The notes below the pieces were generated by a model, which saw only the letters and a list, made by a program, of their open reading frames with translations, was not told where the DNA came from and made no database searches. Of a stretch of 64,000 bases of DNA, positions 1 through 9,116 are shown in pieces. The DNA is from Candidatus Bathyarchaeota archaeon (GTDB lineage Archaea > Thermoproteota > Bathyarchaeia > 40CM-2-53-6 > JALHTG01). The stretch covers positions 15,324 through 79,323 of the forward strand of contig JALHTG010000042.1 of the NCBI GenBank assembly GCA_022865705.1, written 5' to 3'. The position numbers and the translations under genes were made by a program. Numbering within the stretch: the stretch's first letter is position 1; every line of letters starts with the position of its first letter.

Positions 1-685
1 TACTCTTCAGAAACTTGGTTCCTGAGTCCGCAAGGCTGAAGATCTCTCCAATACGGATTCGAGGGAGTGGCCGAGCATTCTTGATGAGCTTAGGGTCAGC
101 AGTCATCAATCCTTCGCTATCTGTCACAAGAACACATTCATCAGCCGGAAGATACCGAGCAAGCAGGAACGCCGTGACATCACTTCCACCTCGACCCATT
201 GTGGTGATCCGGCCGTCCTTGGTCCTTCCAACGAACCCGGGCAACACTGGAACGATTCCATCTTCCAGACATGATAGTATGTGTCGCTGAATTCGACGTT
301 GACATGTAGATAGGATTGGTGTAGAATCCCCAAACTTAGCATCAGTGATTATGGGCCACTCGTCGTCATCTGGATCAAAGTACTTTGATCTCACTCCTCG
401 ATTCGACAGAGTGGCGTTGAATATCCTTCCACTCGTTCGCTCTCCCATCGACAAAACTTCGTCGACTTGGTCGGTGTTATTCGACAAGGACACGGCGGAG
501 GTTGTTTCAAGCAGATCATCAGTAGTTCGGCCCATTGCAGAAACCACGATAGCAGTCTGCGTTCCCCTGTCTATCTCTCGCTTTACCATATCTACGGCTC
601 TCGAAATCCTCTGAGGGGACGACAGGGAAGAGCCTCCGAACTTGACTGCCAAGCGGGCAAGGTTTTTCTTAGTTTCTACTCTCAC
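1..685 (-). CDS. aspartate kinase (N-terminal part; gene runs off the left edge)
   Basis: The minus-strand frame is open from GTG at 685-683 to the window edge, so it is absent from the ORF track. My translation reads VRVETKKNLARLAVKFGGSSL...AIVVSAMGRTTDDLL...VLPGFVGRTKDGRITTMGRGGSDVTA...LVTDSEGLMTADPKLI. KFGGSS and GRGGSD are amino-acid-kinase/aspartokinase signatures. Confidence 0.8.
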   Translation of the reverse strand, partial: MRVETKKNLARLAVKFGGSSLSSPQRISRAVDMVKREIDRGTQTAIVVSAMGRTTDDLLETTSAVSLSNNTDQVDEVLSMGERTSGRIFNATLSNRGVRSKYFDPDDDEWPIITDAKFGDSTPILSTCQRRIQRHILSCLEDGIVPVLPGFVGRTKDGRITTMGRGGSDVTAFLLARYLPADECVLVTDSEGLMTADPKLIKNARPLPRIRIGEIFSLADSGTKFLKS

Positions 686-915
686 AATTTTTCACCAAAG
701 AAGCCACGCCGAATCTAGAGCGGCCTGGAGCCGCTAGCTCGGCTGGCTATCGATAGCTAAAGAAGAACGCTGCATAGCTGCGAAAAGCAATAACGGGCAG
801 CATTCGACTCATTCTTGCAGCGCCTTGACCGCATACCTCACGTTACCGCTATTAAAAGCCTATATGTCGTATCACGAGACATCCAGTAAGCACACGCCAT
901 ATCTACAATATCTCT

Positions 916-947
916 GTTGTCTGACTGTAGGTACAGTCAAAGACAAC
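916..947. repeat. imperfect 14-bp-arm inverted repeat (hairpin-capable)
   Basis: GTTGTCTGACTGTA-GG-TACAGTC-AA-AGACAAC gives 7 + 7 complementary bp with a 2-nt bulge. It lies in the 338-bp non-coding spacer between the Zn-ribbon ORF 3' end and the aspartokinase start. Confidence 0.6.
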
Positions 948-1023
948 TGCTGGAACTATTAGCGCGATTTCCTACCGACCCATTATGGAGGCTTCGCACG
1001 CGATAGGTCATCTCCGCTTCGAT

Positions 1024-1314
1024 TCAATATATTGTGCGTATCTCATGTGGCCGCGAGGAGTCGCAGTTCTTGCAGACCTTTGCGTTCCCTTGAATCTGTG
1101 CTCCACATCTCATGCAGATGGAGTATTGTTGCTTGGATGAGTCTGTTCGTGAGAATGCTGCGACGGATGTAGATCTTGAGGGGAGTTGAGCGACGGTGCC
1201 GCATGCAGTGCAGACTGCAGTACCTGACCCAGGATGGACATCCATTGACCTTCCGCATCTAGGGCAGAACAAGGGTCTCCTCAGCTTTTGGCACGTGCAC
1301 TCTGGCATTACCAT
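1024..1314 (-). CDS. double zinc-ribbon protein, function unknown
   Basis: 96-aa ORF with four CxxC pairs (CPRCG...CTACG and CMRCG...CKNCD). I recognise no other homology. It is on the same strand as pyrR and the aspartokinase gene. Confidence 0.45.
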   Translation of the reverse strand: MVMPECTCQKLRRPLFCPRCGRSMDVHPGSGTAVCTACGTVAQLPSRSTSVAAFSRTDSSKQQYSICMRCGAQIQGNAKVCKNCDSSRPHEIRTIY

Positions 1315-1375
1315 CTATTCAGATCGAGTAACACATGTTCGAACAAACAAAAGTGCGCTGATGTGGACTAGTACC

Positions 1376-1918
1376 CTATCTGCTGCCTATTATGTAGGCT
1401 TCGTCTACTCCATCTTTCTCTTTTAGCTTGATTTCCACTCTGTCTCCGCGTTGGGTCTTGACTTTCTTCCCAGTGAATGTTGCGCAGATAGGAAGTTCTC
1501 GATGCCCTCTATCCACAAGCACTGCCAAGTGAATCACCGCTGGACGGCCCAGATCCAAGACCTGGTCAAGCGCAGCTCGGATGGTTCTGCCAGTAAACAA
1601 TACGTCGTCCACGAGAACAACAGTCTTCCCATTAAGATCGAAATTGATCTCACTTTCTCCAACGGTTAGATTCTCTTGGAGAACGTTGAGATCATCTCGG
1701 TAGAGTGTAATGTCCAATGTTCCAAGATGCACTTCAAGACTTTGAGCCAGTTTGTCCGCTATCCTTCTCGACAGATATACTCCTCTGGTTTTGATACCAA
1801 TCAACACGACTTCCTTTTGATCCTTGACTGATCGCAGAATACGTTTGGATAAGAGATTGATCAGAGCATCTATCTGCTTCGAATCAAGGATTCTTGTTTT
1901 CTTGACCAAGAAGACCAC
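1376..1918 (-). CDS. pyrR: PyrR-type pyrimidine regulatory protein / uracil phosphoribosyltransferase
   Basis: 180 aa, collinear with Bacillus PyrR. Motifs: GIKTRG, ITLYRDD, VVLVDDVLFTGRTIRAALD (PRPP loop) and LAVLVDRGHRELPI. GTG start at 1918, 9 nt after the upstream amidase stop. Confidence 0.85.
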   Translation of the reverse strand: MVFLVKKTRILDSKQIDALINLLSKRILRSVKDQKEVVLIGIKTRGVYLSRRIADKLAQSLEVHLGTLDITLYRDDLNVLQENLTVGESEINFDLNGKTVVLVDDVLFTGRTIRAALDQVLDLGRPAVIHLAVLVDRGHRELPICATFTGKKVKTQRGDRVEIKLKEKDGVDEAYIIGSR

Positions 1919-1927
1919 CTATGCGAT

Positions 1928-3172
1928 TTACGTGGCTAGACGCAAAGCTGCCTGAAGTAGACAGTTGGCGCCAACTTCTATATCGCCAAGATCCGTCCAT
2001 TCATCTGGATTATGGCTGAGACCCCTTCTGCTCGGAACAAAGACCAGACCGGATCTAGTGATTCTCGCCATTTTCATTGCATCATGCCCTGCTCCAGAAA
2101 TCATATCTACATACGGAATCCCAGAGGATCTGCAGACATCTTCGAACAGTGCTACGATCTCTTTGTTTAGAGTGACCGGTTGATCTTCTTTTATGATTGA
2201 CGCTTCCAATCCAATGTGCCTCCGTTCAGCGATGCGTCGAGCCTCGTCCAAGACCAAGTCAGCTGCCTTCTTCTTTAACTCTGAAACTACACTTCGAATG
2301 TCAATGCCCAATTCAACAGTCCCAGGGATAACGTTCATGGCGTTGGGGATCACGTTCACGGCCCCAACTGTTCCAACAACTCTGCTGACCTCACTCTTGC
2401 ATATTCTCTCCACAGCCAAGACCAGTTCTGAGGCTGCGATCAATGCATCCTTCCTCAGATTCATGGGAGTAGTTCCAGAATGGTCTGCTCGACCGAGAAA
2501 TCTGACTCTCAGACGAGACGAGGCGGAGATAGCGGAAACCACACCAATCTTCTTTCCCTCAGCCTCTAGAATTGGTCCCTGCTCAACATGAAGCTCAAGA
2601 TAAGCATGGAGATCAGATGGATCTCTTTTGGATCGATTGATGGCGTCGTGAGCCCCTCCGAGCCTTGCAAGGATCTCTCCCAGCCTAGTTCCCCTTCTAT
2701 CCCTGAGAGGCTCTATGTCCTTGGCGTCCAATTCACCTGCAACAACCGCACTTCCAAGCGTCGATACACCGAATCTACTGGACTCCTCGGCTGAAAATGC
2801 GCAAACCTCTATCGGATGACGAAGCTCGATGTTGCCCTCGATGATTGTTTTCACAACCTCTATCCCAGACGCCACACCTACAACTCCATCAAAACGTCCA
2901 CCGCCAGGAACGGTGTCAATGTGAGAACCGATCATCACGACCGGCCCCCTGCCTTGCTTTGTTCTGCCGAAGACATTTCCGACACCATCAATCTTGACAG
3001 CTAGACCGATTCGCCTCATCAGGTGAGTCAAAACATCCTTCGCCCGCATCTCCTTGATCGAGTAAGCGGTTCTTTCCGACCCGTTCCCCGTCATGCCTAT
3101 TCTGGCAAGAGAGTTGATCGTTTCTTCAAGCCTCTTTCGATCAACCGTGAGACGGGGAACTGTTACCACCAT
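1928..3172 (-). CDS. M20 Zn-amidohydrolase, hydantoinase/carbamoylase branch (N-carbamoyl-amino-acid hydrolase / allantoate amidohydrolase / beta-ureidopropionase type)
   Basis: 414 aa. Motifs: VMIGSHIDTVPGGGRFDG, GRADHSGTTPM and SGAGHDA. Substrate is not assignable from sequence alone. Confidence 0.75.
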   Translation of the reverse strand: MVVTVPRLTVDRKRLEETINSLARIGMTGNGSERTAYSIKEMRAKDVLTHLMRRIGLAVKIDGVGNVFGRTKQGRGPVVMIGSHIDTVPGGGRFDGVVGVASGIEVVKTIIEGNIELRHPIEVCAFSAEESSRFGVSTLGSAVVAGELDAKDIEPLRDRRGTRLGEILARLGGAHDAINRSKRDPSDLHAYLELHVEQGPILEAEGKKIGVVSAISASSRLRVRFLGRADHSGTTPMNLRKDALIAASELVLAVERICKSEVSRVVGTVGAVNVIPNAMNVIPGTVELGIDIRSVVSELKKKAADLVLDEARRIAERRHIGLEASIIKEDQPVTLNKEIVALFEDVCRSSGIPYVDMISGAGHDAMKMARITRSGLVFVPSRRGLSHNPDEWTDLGDIEVGANCLLQAALRLAT

Positions 3173-3257
3173 GATTCAATGACCACTTTCAAAGTTCCAA
3201 AAACGAGAGAAAATCCTCTCAAGAAGATGCTTTACCAAGGCCGATGTGTTTTCAGAC

Positions 3258-4511
3258 TTAGGCTTTGGCCCAAACCTTTACCAGGCTCAGGATCACTTCC
3301 ACTGCCTTCTTCATATCTTGAACAGATATCCACTCAAGTTTCGAATGATAGTTGTGTCCGCCTGTAGCTATGTTTGGTGTTGGAAGGCCCATATAGCTCA
3401 GTCGAGCCCCATCGGTTCCTCCGCGGATACTGTGCATTCTGGGTTGCAAGCCAGCCATTCGAGTTGCCTCCATAGCCTTCTCCACAACCTCCGGATACTT
3501 ATCCAGCACGTACCTCATGTTTCGGTATGACTCTTCAACCTCAAACTTGAAGATAGACCTAGGATAATTCCGTACCGTTTCTTCCGCAACAGCCTTCAGG
3601 GACTTTTCTTTCTCTTTGAGGCCTTCCACCGTAAAGTCACGGATAATGAACTTGACAGTTGTGTTTTCAACTGCACCTTGGATACCGTTGGGATGAACGT
3701 AACCTTCCATCTTCTCCGTAGTTTCCGGCGACAGCCTGTCCTTAGGTAGCCTGTTCACAAAGTCCGACGCTATCTTGACAGAGTTGACCAGTTTACCTTT
3801 GGCATATCCTGGGTGAAACAGGATGCCTTGGAACGTAACCTTCACAGAGTCTGCGCAGAACGTCTCGTTCTCAACTTCACCAATAGTCTCCCCGTCCATC
3901 GTGTAGGCGTACTGAACTCCAAACATCTTCACATCAAAATACTTTACTCCTGTCCCCACTTCCTCGTCTGGTGTGAAGGCTACTTTGATAGTTCCATGCT
4001 CGATCTCATGGTGCTTGATGAGATAGTGAACCGCATCCATTATCTCAGCTATCCCTGCTTTGTTGTCTGCGCCCAGAAGGGTTGTTCCATCTGAAGTGAT
4101 TATGTCATGCCCGATCTTCTTTACCAGTTCCGGACTTTCAGACGGTCGAATAACCTGAGTACTGTCTCCTGCAAGAACTATGTCTCCACCAGAATAGTTC
4201 TTGTGAATCTGAGGCTTAACATCTTTTCCCGAGATTTCCGGAGAGGTATCCATGTGGCCAAAGAGACCTATGACCGGAACTTTCCGCTTGGTGTTCGCTT
4301 TCAATGCTGCGGTAACGTAACCGTACTTATCCATCGATGCATCCTTGAGACCTAGTTTCTTCAACTCTCTTACCAGAAACTTCGCCAGATTCTTTTGTTT
4401 CTCGGTGCTCGGGTAGGTTTTGGAACCTTCAGCAGACTGAGTATCATACTTCACGTATCGCAAAAGACGTTCAGCAACTGTCTGACCGATCGAAACTTCA
4501 CCCATGCACAT
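3258..4511 (-). CDS. pepT: peptidase T (tripeptide aminopeptidase, M20B)
   Basis: 417 aa. Motifs: RLLRYVKYDTQS, GLFGHMDTSPE, LGADNKAGIAEI, FTPDEEVG and RGGTDGA. Confidence 0.85.
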   Translation of the reverse strand: MCMGEVSIGQTVAERLLRYVKYDTQSAEGSKTYPSTEKQKNLAKFLVRELKKLGLKDASMDKYGYVTAALKANTKRKVPVIGLFGHMDTSPEISGKDVKPQIHKNYSGGDIVLAGDSTQVIRPSESPELVKKIGHDIITSDGTTLLGADNKAGIAEIMDAVHYLIKHHEIEHGTIKVAFTPDEEVGTGVKYFDVKMFGVQYAYTMDGETIGEVENETFCADSVKVTFQGILFHPGYAKGKLVNSVKIASDFVNRLPKDRLSPETTEKMEGYVHPNGIQGAVENTTVKFIIRDFTVEGLKEKEKSLKAVAEETVRNYPRSIFKFEVEESYRNMRYVLDKYPEVVEKAMEATRMAGLQPRMHSIRGGTDGARLSYMGLPTPNIATGGHNYHSKLEWISVQDMKKAVEVILSLVKVWAKA

Positions 4512-4698
4512 GCCACTCTCTCAGAACAGACACAATCAACTACTCTGGAAATATATGAAGCATGACGGAGACCCTTCCCAACAGATAGACACGGCTGAGT
4601 CAATGCACGTACCTTTCGACAAACTATTTTTAGAAGATAGTGAAACAGGGGAAACGCGTTGACCTCATTCAGAAGACTGCCACTGAAATAGAAAGAAC
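4512..4698. promoter_or_regulatory. divergent pepT / purF promoter region
   Basis: 187-bp spacer between divergent genes. AAATATAT (4549-4556, reading CATATATTT toward pepT, about 40 nt from its ATG) is a candidate TATA element. CTATTTTTAG (4624-4633) and GAAATAGAAAG (4685-4695) are candidates toward purF. None is validated. Confidence 0.35.
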
Positions 4699-6213
4699 TT
4701 GAGGTCTTGTCCTCTCGGAGTGGTGCGAGTGAGTAAGCCAAGAGAAGCATGCGGAGTCGTCGCAGCGCGCAGTTCAGCGAACGAAGTAGTCGAGGACATA
4801 TGGCACGGGTTACTCGCAGTCCAACACAGAGGACAAGAAGGAAACGGCATATTCACATTCGACGGATCAAAATTTCATCACAGGAAAGCACTTGGCCTCG
4901 TAGGCGAACTGAAAGACTATCAATCTCTCACGGGAAGATGCGGGATAGGACACGTGAGATATTCCACGACAGGACCGTCTCCTCTCGAACAAACCAATTC
5001 GAGTGAAGGTCTACAGCAACTGGCGGAGATCTCTATTCAACCCTTCTTCCTCAGCTATCCCAAAGGAGGGATAGCACTATGCCACAACGGCAACTTGGTC
5101 AACTACGTCAACCTGCGCCAAGAGCTCACGAGACATGGGAGATTCTTGGCGTCAGACTGCGACGCCGAGATCATTCTCGCATATCTCGCTGAAGAACTGT
5201 CTGAGACCAAAGATCTTGAGAAGTCAATCTCGAAATGTATGACGAACATTGAGGGAGCCTTCTCAACTGTGGCGATCACTGGTGAGGGAGAACTGGTTGC
5301 TTTCAGGGATCCCTGCGGATTCAGACCTCTGTGCCAAGGAAAAGCAAAGGACACGATCCTCTTCGCATCCGAAAGTGTGGGCCTGGACGCAGCAGGAGCA
5401 AGGCTCATCTCTGATGTGAATCCGGGAGAGATGATTGTCATAGATGTTGAGGGGCAGGTTCTGAGGAAGAATGTAGCACCACATATGCGGAAAGCCCATT
5501 GCATGTTCGAGTATGTGTATTTCTCGAGACCAGACTCAGTCCTAGACGGTGGAGATGTCTATTCGATCCGCATAAGGCTGGGACAAGAACTTGCCGCGAC
5601 ATATGAAACAGATGCGGATGTCATAGTTCCCATACCTGATACCGCTCGGCCAGCAGCCGAAGGCGTAGCCAGAACAGCGGGAATAGAGATCTCAGAAGGC
5701 TTGATCAAAAACCGCTATGTTGGTCGAACCTTCATAATGCCGGGCCAAGATAGAAGAGAGAACTCGGTAGCTCTGAAACTCAACCCAATCAAGTCCGTCC
5801 TCAGAGACAAGAAAGTAGTACTGGTGGATGACAGCATTGTGAGAGGAACGACTTCTCGAAAGATCGTGAATCTGGTGAGAGGGGCTGGTGCGAAGAGTGT
5901 TGAGTTTTGGGTCACCTGTCCTCCGATAATCTCTCCCTGTTTCTACGGAATAGACATCTCCACTCATGAGGAGCTTATTGCCGCAACCAAAACCATCCCT
6001 GAGATTGAGAAGGCTCTGAACGTTGACCGAGTCGGTTATCAGACGATTGAAGGCTTGGTGCGGGCTTTGGGATTCGACCGAAACGAACTCTGCATGGCTT
6101 GCCTGACAGGAGAGTATCCGACTCCATTGGCACAGAAGATCGCAGACAACATGAGGAATCGACTGGGAGAAGTGGACAAACGCAGGTACTGGGAGCGCGA
6201 GCTTCCTTCATGA
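4699..6213 (+). CDS. purF: amidophosphoribosyltransferase
   Basis: 504 aa. Motifs: the nucleophile Cys in EA|CGVVAA, preceded by a 10-18 aa propeptide, then GIGHVRYST and VVLVDDSIVRGTT. The first in-frame start is TTG 4699; GTG at 4720, 4723 and 4729 are alternatives. The stop overlaps the purD start (ATGA, 6210-6213). Confidence 0.9.
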   Translation: MRSCPLGVVRVSKPREACGVVAARSSANEVVEDIWHGLLAVQHRGQEGNGIFTFDGSKFHHRKALGLVGELKDYQSLTGRCGIGHVRYSTTGPSPLEQTNSSEGLQQLAEISIQPFFLSYPKGGIALCHNGNLVNYVNLRQELTRHGRFLASDCDAEIILAYLAEELSETKDLEKSISKCMTNIEGAFSTVAITGEGELVAFRDPCGFRPLCQGKAKDTILFASESVGLDAAGARLISDVNPGEMIVIDVEGQVLRKNVAPHMRKAHCMFEYVYFSRPDSVLDGGDVYSIRIRLGQELAATYETDADVIVPIPDTARPAAEGVARTAGIEISEGLIKNRYVGRTFIMPGQDRRENSVALKLNPIKSVLRDKKVVLVDDSIVRGTTSRKIVNLVRGAGAKSVEFWVTCPPIISPCFYGIDISTHEELIAATKTIPEIEKALNVDRVGYQTIEGLVRALGFDRNELCMACLTGEYPTPLAQKIADNMRNRLGEVDKRRYWERELPS

Positions 6214-7499
6214 AATATACCAATGTACTCGTGGTAGGATCTGGGGGAAGAGAGCATGCTTTGGTGTGGAAGCTTAGCCAAAGCAAACATGTTGGAAAAG
6301 TATTCTGCGCTCCTGGAAATGGTGGAACTCCTGACAGAGTTCCGATAGACCCCACAGATTTCGAGGGGCTGACAAAATTCGCTGCTCAAAACGCCTGCTT
6401 CACAGTCGTGGGACCAGAGGAGCCGCTGGCAAAGGGCATCACGAATGCGTTTCTGTCCAATGGTCTGGAGATATTTGGCGTTAGCAAGGAGGCCGCCATT
6501 GCTGAGGGAAGCAAGATCTGGGCAAAACAGTTCATGAAACGACACAACATCCCAACAGCCGAGTTCCAAGTCTTTGAAGACCATTTGGCCGCCGCAGACC
6601 ACGTGAAGAAGAAGGGGCCTCCAGTTGTCGTCAAGGCCGATGGGCTTTCCGCAGGAAAAGGCGTAATCCTTTGCAGGACTGAAGACGAGGCACTAAAGGC
6701 CATAGATGGTATGATGCTTGAAAAGAGGTTTGGCAGTTCAGGAGAGCGAATCGTAATCGAAGATCTGTTGGTTGGCGAAGAGGCCTCCTACATAGCCATC
6801 GTTGACACAAAGACACGAAAGTATATCCCGCTAGCTTCTTCTCAAGATCACAAACCAATCTTCGACGGAGACAAAGGCCCAAACACAGGAGGAATGGGGG
6901 CCTACTCCCCGGCGCCAATCGTCCCAGAGGGATTGGAAGAGAAGATACAGAGAGACATAATTGGAAAATTCATGAATGGGATGAGAGAGGAAAACGTGGA
7001 GTTCAAGGGCACAATCTACTTGGGCCTCATGATCTCTGACGGGGAGCCAGATGTGCTGGAATTCAACGTTCGATTCGGGGACCCGGAGATCCAACCAATA
7101 GTCATGCGAATGGAACCAGATCTCTTCGAGTACCTCTACTCGTGCGCAAGTGGACGCTTAGCCGAGATGGATGACATGAAATGGTCTAAGCAGGCTGCGG
7201 TCTGCGTCGTTATGGCTTCATCAGGTTATCCCGGGCAATATCAAAAAGGGAAGACAATCGTAGGCCTTGACGAAGCAGCAACACTCAGGAACGTTGTGGT
7301 TTTTCACGCAGGAACGGCCAGACAGAACTCGGCCATCGTCACAAACGGAGGACGTGTACTGGGAGTCACAGCTCTCAGTGATACGATACCGCAGGCAATC
7401 CGCGAGGCGTACCGGGCCGTTGAAATGATCTATTGGGAAGAAGAATATCATCGAACAGACATTGGAAAAAAGGCGCTGAAGCATATACATGCCGCCTAA
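6210..7499 (+). CDS. purD: phosphoribosylamine--glycine ligase
   Basis: The track ORF starts at 6099. The canonical N-terminus MKYTNVLVVGSGGREHALVWKL begins at ATG 6210, overlapping the purF stop. It has an ATP-grasp body and the GGMGAYSP motif. Confidence 0.9.
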   Translation: MKYTNVLVVGSGGREHALVWKLSQSKHVGKVFCAPGNGGTPDRVPIDPTDFEGLTKFAAQNACFTVVGPEEPLAKGITNAFLSNGLEIFGVSKEAAIAEGSKIWAKQFMKRHNIPTAEFQVFEDHLAAADHVKKKGPPVVVKADGLSAGKGVILCRTEDEALKAIDGMMLEKRFGSSGERIVIEDLLVGEEASYIAIVDTKTRKYIPLASSQDHKPIFDGDKGPNTGGMGAYSPAPIVPEGLEEKIQRDIIGKFMNGMREENVEFKGTIYLGLMISDGEPDVLEFNVRFGDPEIQPIVMRMEPDLFEYLYSCASGRLAEMDDMKWSKQAAVCVVMASSGYPGQYQKGKTIVGLDEAATLRNVVVFHAGTARQNSAIVTNGGRVLGVTALSDTIPQAIREAYRAVEMIYWEEEYHRTDIGKKALKHIHAA

Positions 7500-8304
7500 G
7501 AGGATATTCGACCCGGACACTCGTCCGAAGCCGATGAGAATAGCCTGCTTCATGTCTGGCTCAGGAACAAACGTCGTCAAGATACTCGAGAACCAATCTA
7601 AGGAAGGGAACAAATGCCCCTATCGAGTCGTTCTCATATTCACAGATGTGTTCGACCCGTCAAGCCAGAAATGCAGAGCACAGACAATATCGTCGGAACA
7701 TCACATCAGCTACGAACATAATGATGTCATGGAGTTCTACAGAAGCCATGGCCGACAGGACAGAAAGGATCTTTCACTTCGCCCCGAGTATGATCGGCTC
7801 ACGTTAGAAATGATAGAGAAATACCATCTTGACCTGATCGCGCTCTGCGGTTACATGAGCATAGTGACTTTTCCTCTCACAGAAGGATATGATGGCCAAA
7901 TCGTGAATGTTCATCCTGCCGACCTTTCCGTCAAGGAAGGCGACAGAAGGAAGTACACTGGTCTCGACGCTGTGCGAAACGCAATCCTATCAGGAGAGAA
8001 GAGACTCTACTCGACAACGCACGTAGTTCGAGAAAAGGTCGACCATGGTGAAATCCTTATGCGATCTCGGCCGGTGGATGTGGTTCTTCCAAAAGGAACC
8101 AGCTTGAAGGAACTTCAGGATCCAAAGAACGCCAAAATTGCCAGGCAAGTCGCTGATGAGCATCAAGCCCGACTGAAAGAACACGGCGACTGGGTGATCT
8201 ACCCGATGACATTGGAGATGATCGGCGAGGGAAGATATGCTTTGAACGGCAAAGGCAACGTGTATGTGGATAATGCGCTGATGCCGAACGGGCTACGCCT
8301 CTAG
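7489..8304 (+). CDS. formyltransferase, PurN-like paralog (GAR transformylase family) with insertions and C-terminal tail
   Basis: 271 aa. RIACFMSGSGTN, NVHPADL and HVVREKVDHGEIL retain the Asn/His/Asp triad of GAR transformylase. ATG 7489 overlaps purD by 11 nt; ATG 7534 (MRIACF...) is an alternative start. Confidence 0.7.
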   Translation: MPPKRIFDPDTRPKPMRIACFMSGSGTNVVKILENQSKEGNKCPYRVVLIFTDVFDPSSQKCRAQTISSEHHISYEHNDVMEFYRSHGRQDRKDLSLRPEYDRLTLEMIEKYHLDLIALCGYMSIVTFPLTEGYDGQIVNVHPADLSVKEGDRRKYTGLDAVRNAILSGEKRLYSTTHVVREKVDHGEILMRSRPVDVVLPKGTSLKELQDPKNAKIARQVADEHQARLKEHGDWVIYPMTLEMIGEGRYALNGKGNVYVDNALMPNGLRL

Positions 8305-8319
8305 ATATGGTGGACCAAG

Positions 8320-9108
8320 ATGGTGAGCGTTGGAGTACTCGCCTCTGGACGAGGATCAAACTTCCAAGCCATAGTCGAGCATCAGAGACTTGGAGTTTTC
8401 CAAGGCGTAGACGTAAGCGTACTCATCTACAACTATCCTGAGGCCCCTGTGAAGCATATTGCAGAGAAGCACGGAATCGCGAACCATCTTGTCGGCCACA
8501 AGAATGTAGACCGGGTGGAATTTGAACGGCAGATAATGAGCATATTAGATTCAAGTGAGGTGGAGCTGGTTTGCCTCGCCGGTTGGGACAGAATAGTTGG
8601 CTCTGAGTTCTTCAGAAAATATCGCTGGAAGGTCATGAACATCCATCCCGCGCTTCTGCCTTCGTTTGGTTGGAAAGGACTAAATGCTCGATATGTGCAC
8701 GAGGCCGCATTGGAATATGGCGTCAAAATCACTGGGTGCACCGTGTTCTTCGTTGACGTAAGTGTCGAGAAAGGACCCATAATCCTGCAACATCCAGTCA
8801 GAGTCCTAAAGTCAGAACTGGAATTGTTCAAGAATAGGCGTGAAGATGCTATTCAGTCTCTATCAGATAGAGTCTTGATTCACGAACACAGAATCTACTC
8901 AAAGGCGATTCAACTCTACGCTGACAGGCGTCTAAGAGTCTACGAGGCCGTCACCAGTGGGAAGGAAGCTCAAGCAAACAGAGTTGTCTCAATAGATCTT
9001 CATGACGACTGGGAGAAGAAATGGAACGAGAGACAGCGCATCTTCATTGAAAGCCAGAAGACCGCATGGGGCGCAAAAGCAGTGGAAGCGGCAGAGGAAC
9101 TGATTTGA
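8320..9108 (+). CDS. purN: phosphoribosylglycinamide formyltransferase
   Basis: 262 aa. Motifs: VGVLASGRGSNFQAIV, VCLAGWDRIV, NIHPALLPSFGWKG and KGPIILQ. It has an extra C-terminal extension of about 60 aa. Confidence 0.8.
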   Translation: MVSVGVLASGRGSNFQAIVEHQRLGVFQGVDVSVLIYNYPEAPVKHIAEKHGIANHLVGHKNVDRVEFERQIMSILDSSEVELVCLAGWDRIVGSEFFRKYRWKVMNIHPALLPSFGWKGLNARYVHEAALEYGVKITGCTVFFVDVSVEKGPIILQHPVRVLKSELELFKNRREDAIQSLSDRVLIHEHRIYSKAIQLYADRRLRVYEAVTSGKEAQANRVVSIDLHDDWEKKWNERQRIFIESQKTAWGAKAVEAAEELI

Positions 9109-9116
9109 CAGTCGTG

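Noticed and set aside
6039-6602. 187-aa ORF antisense to the purF/purD junction, plus other 60-190-aa ORFs overlapping pur genes (for example 5103-5504 and 8433-8831).
   Set aside because: All of them overlap genes with clear homology on the opposite strand or in another frame. None shows motifs.
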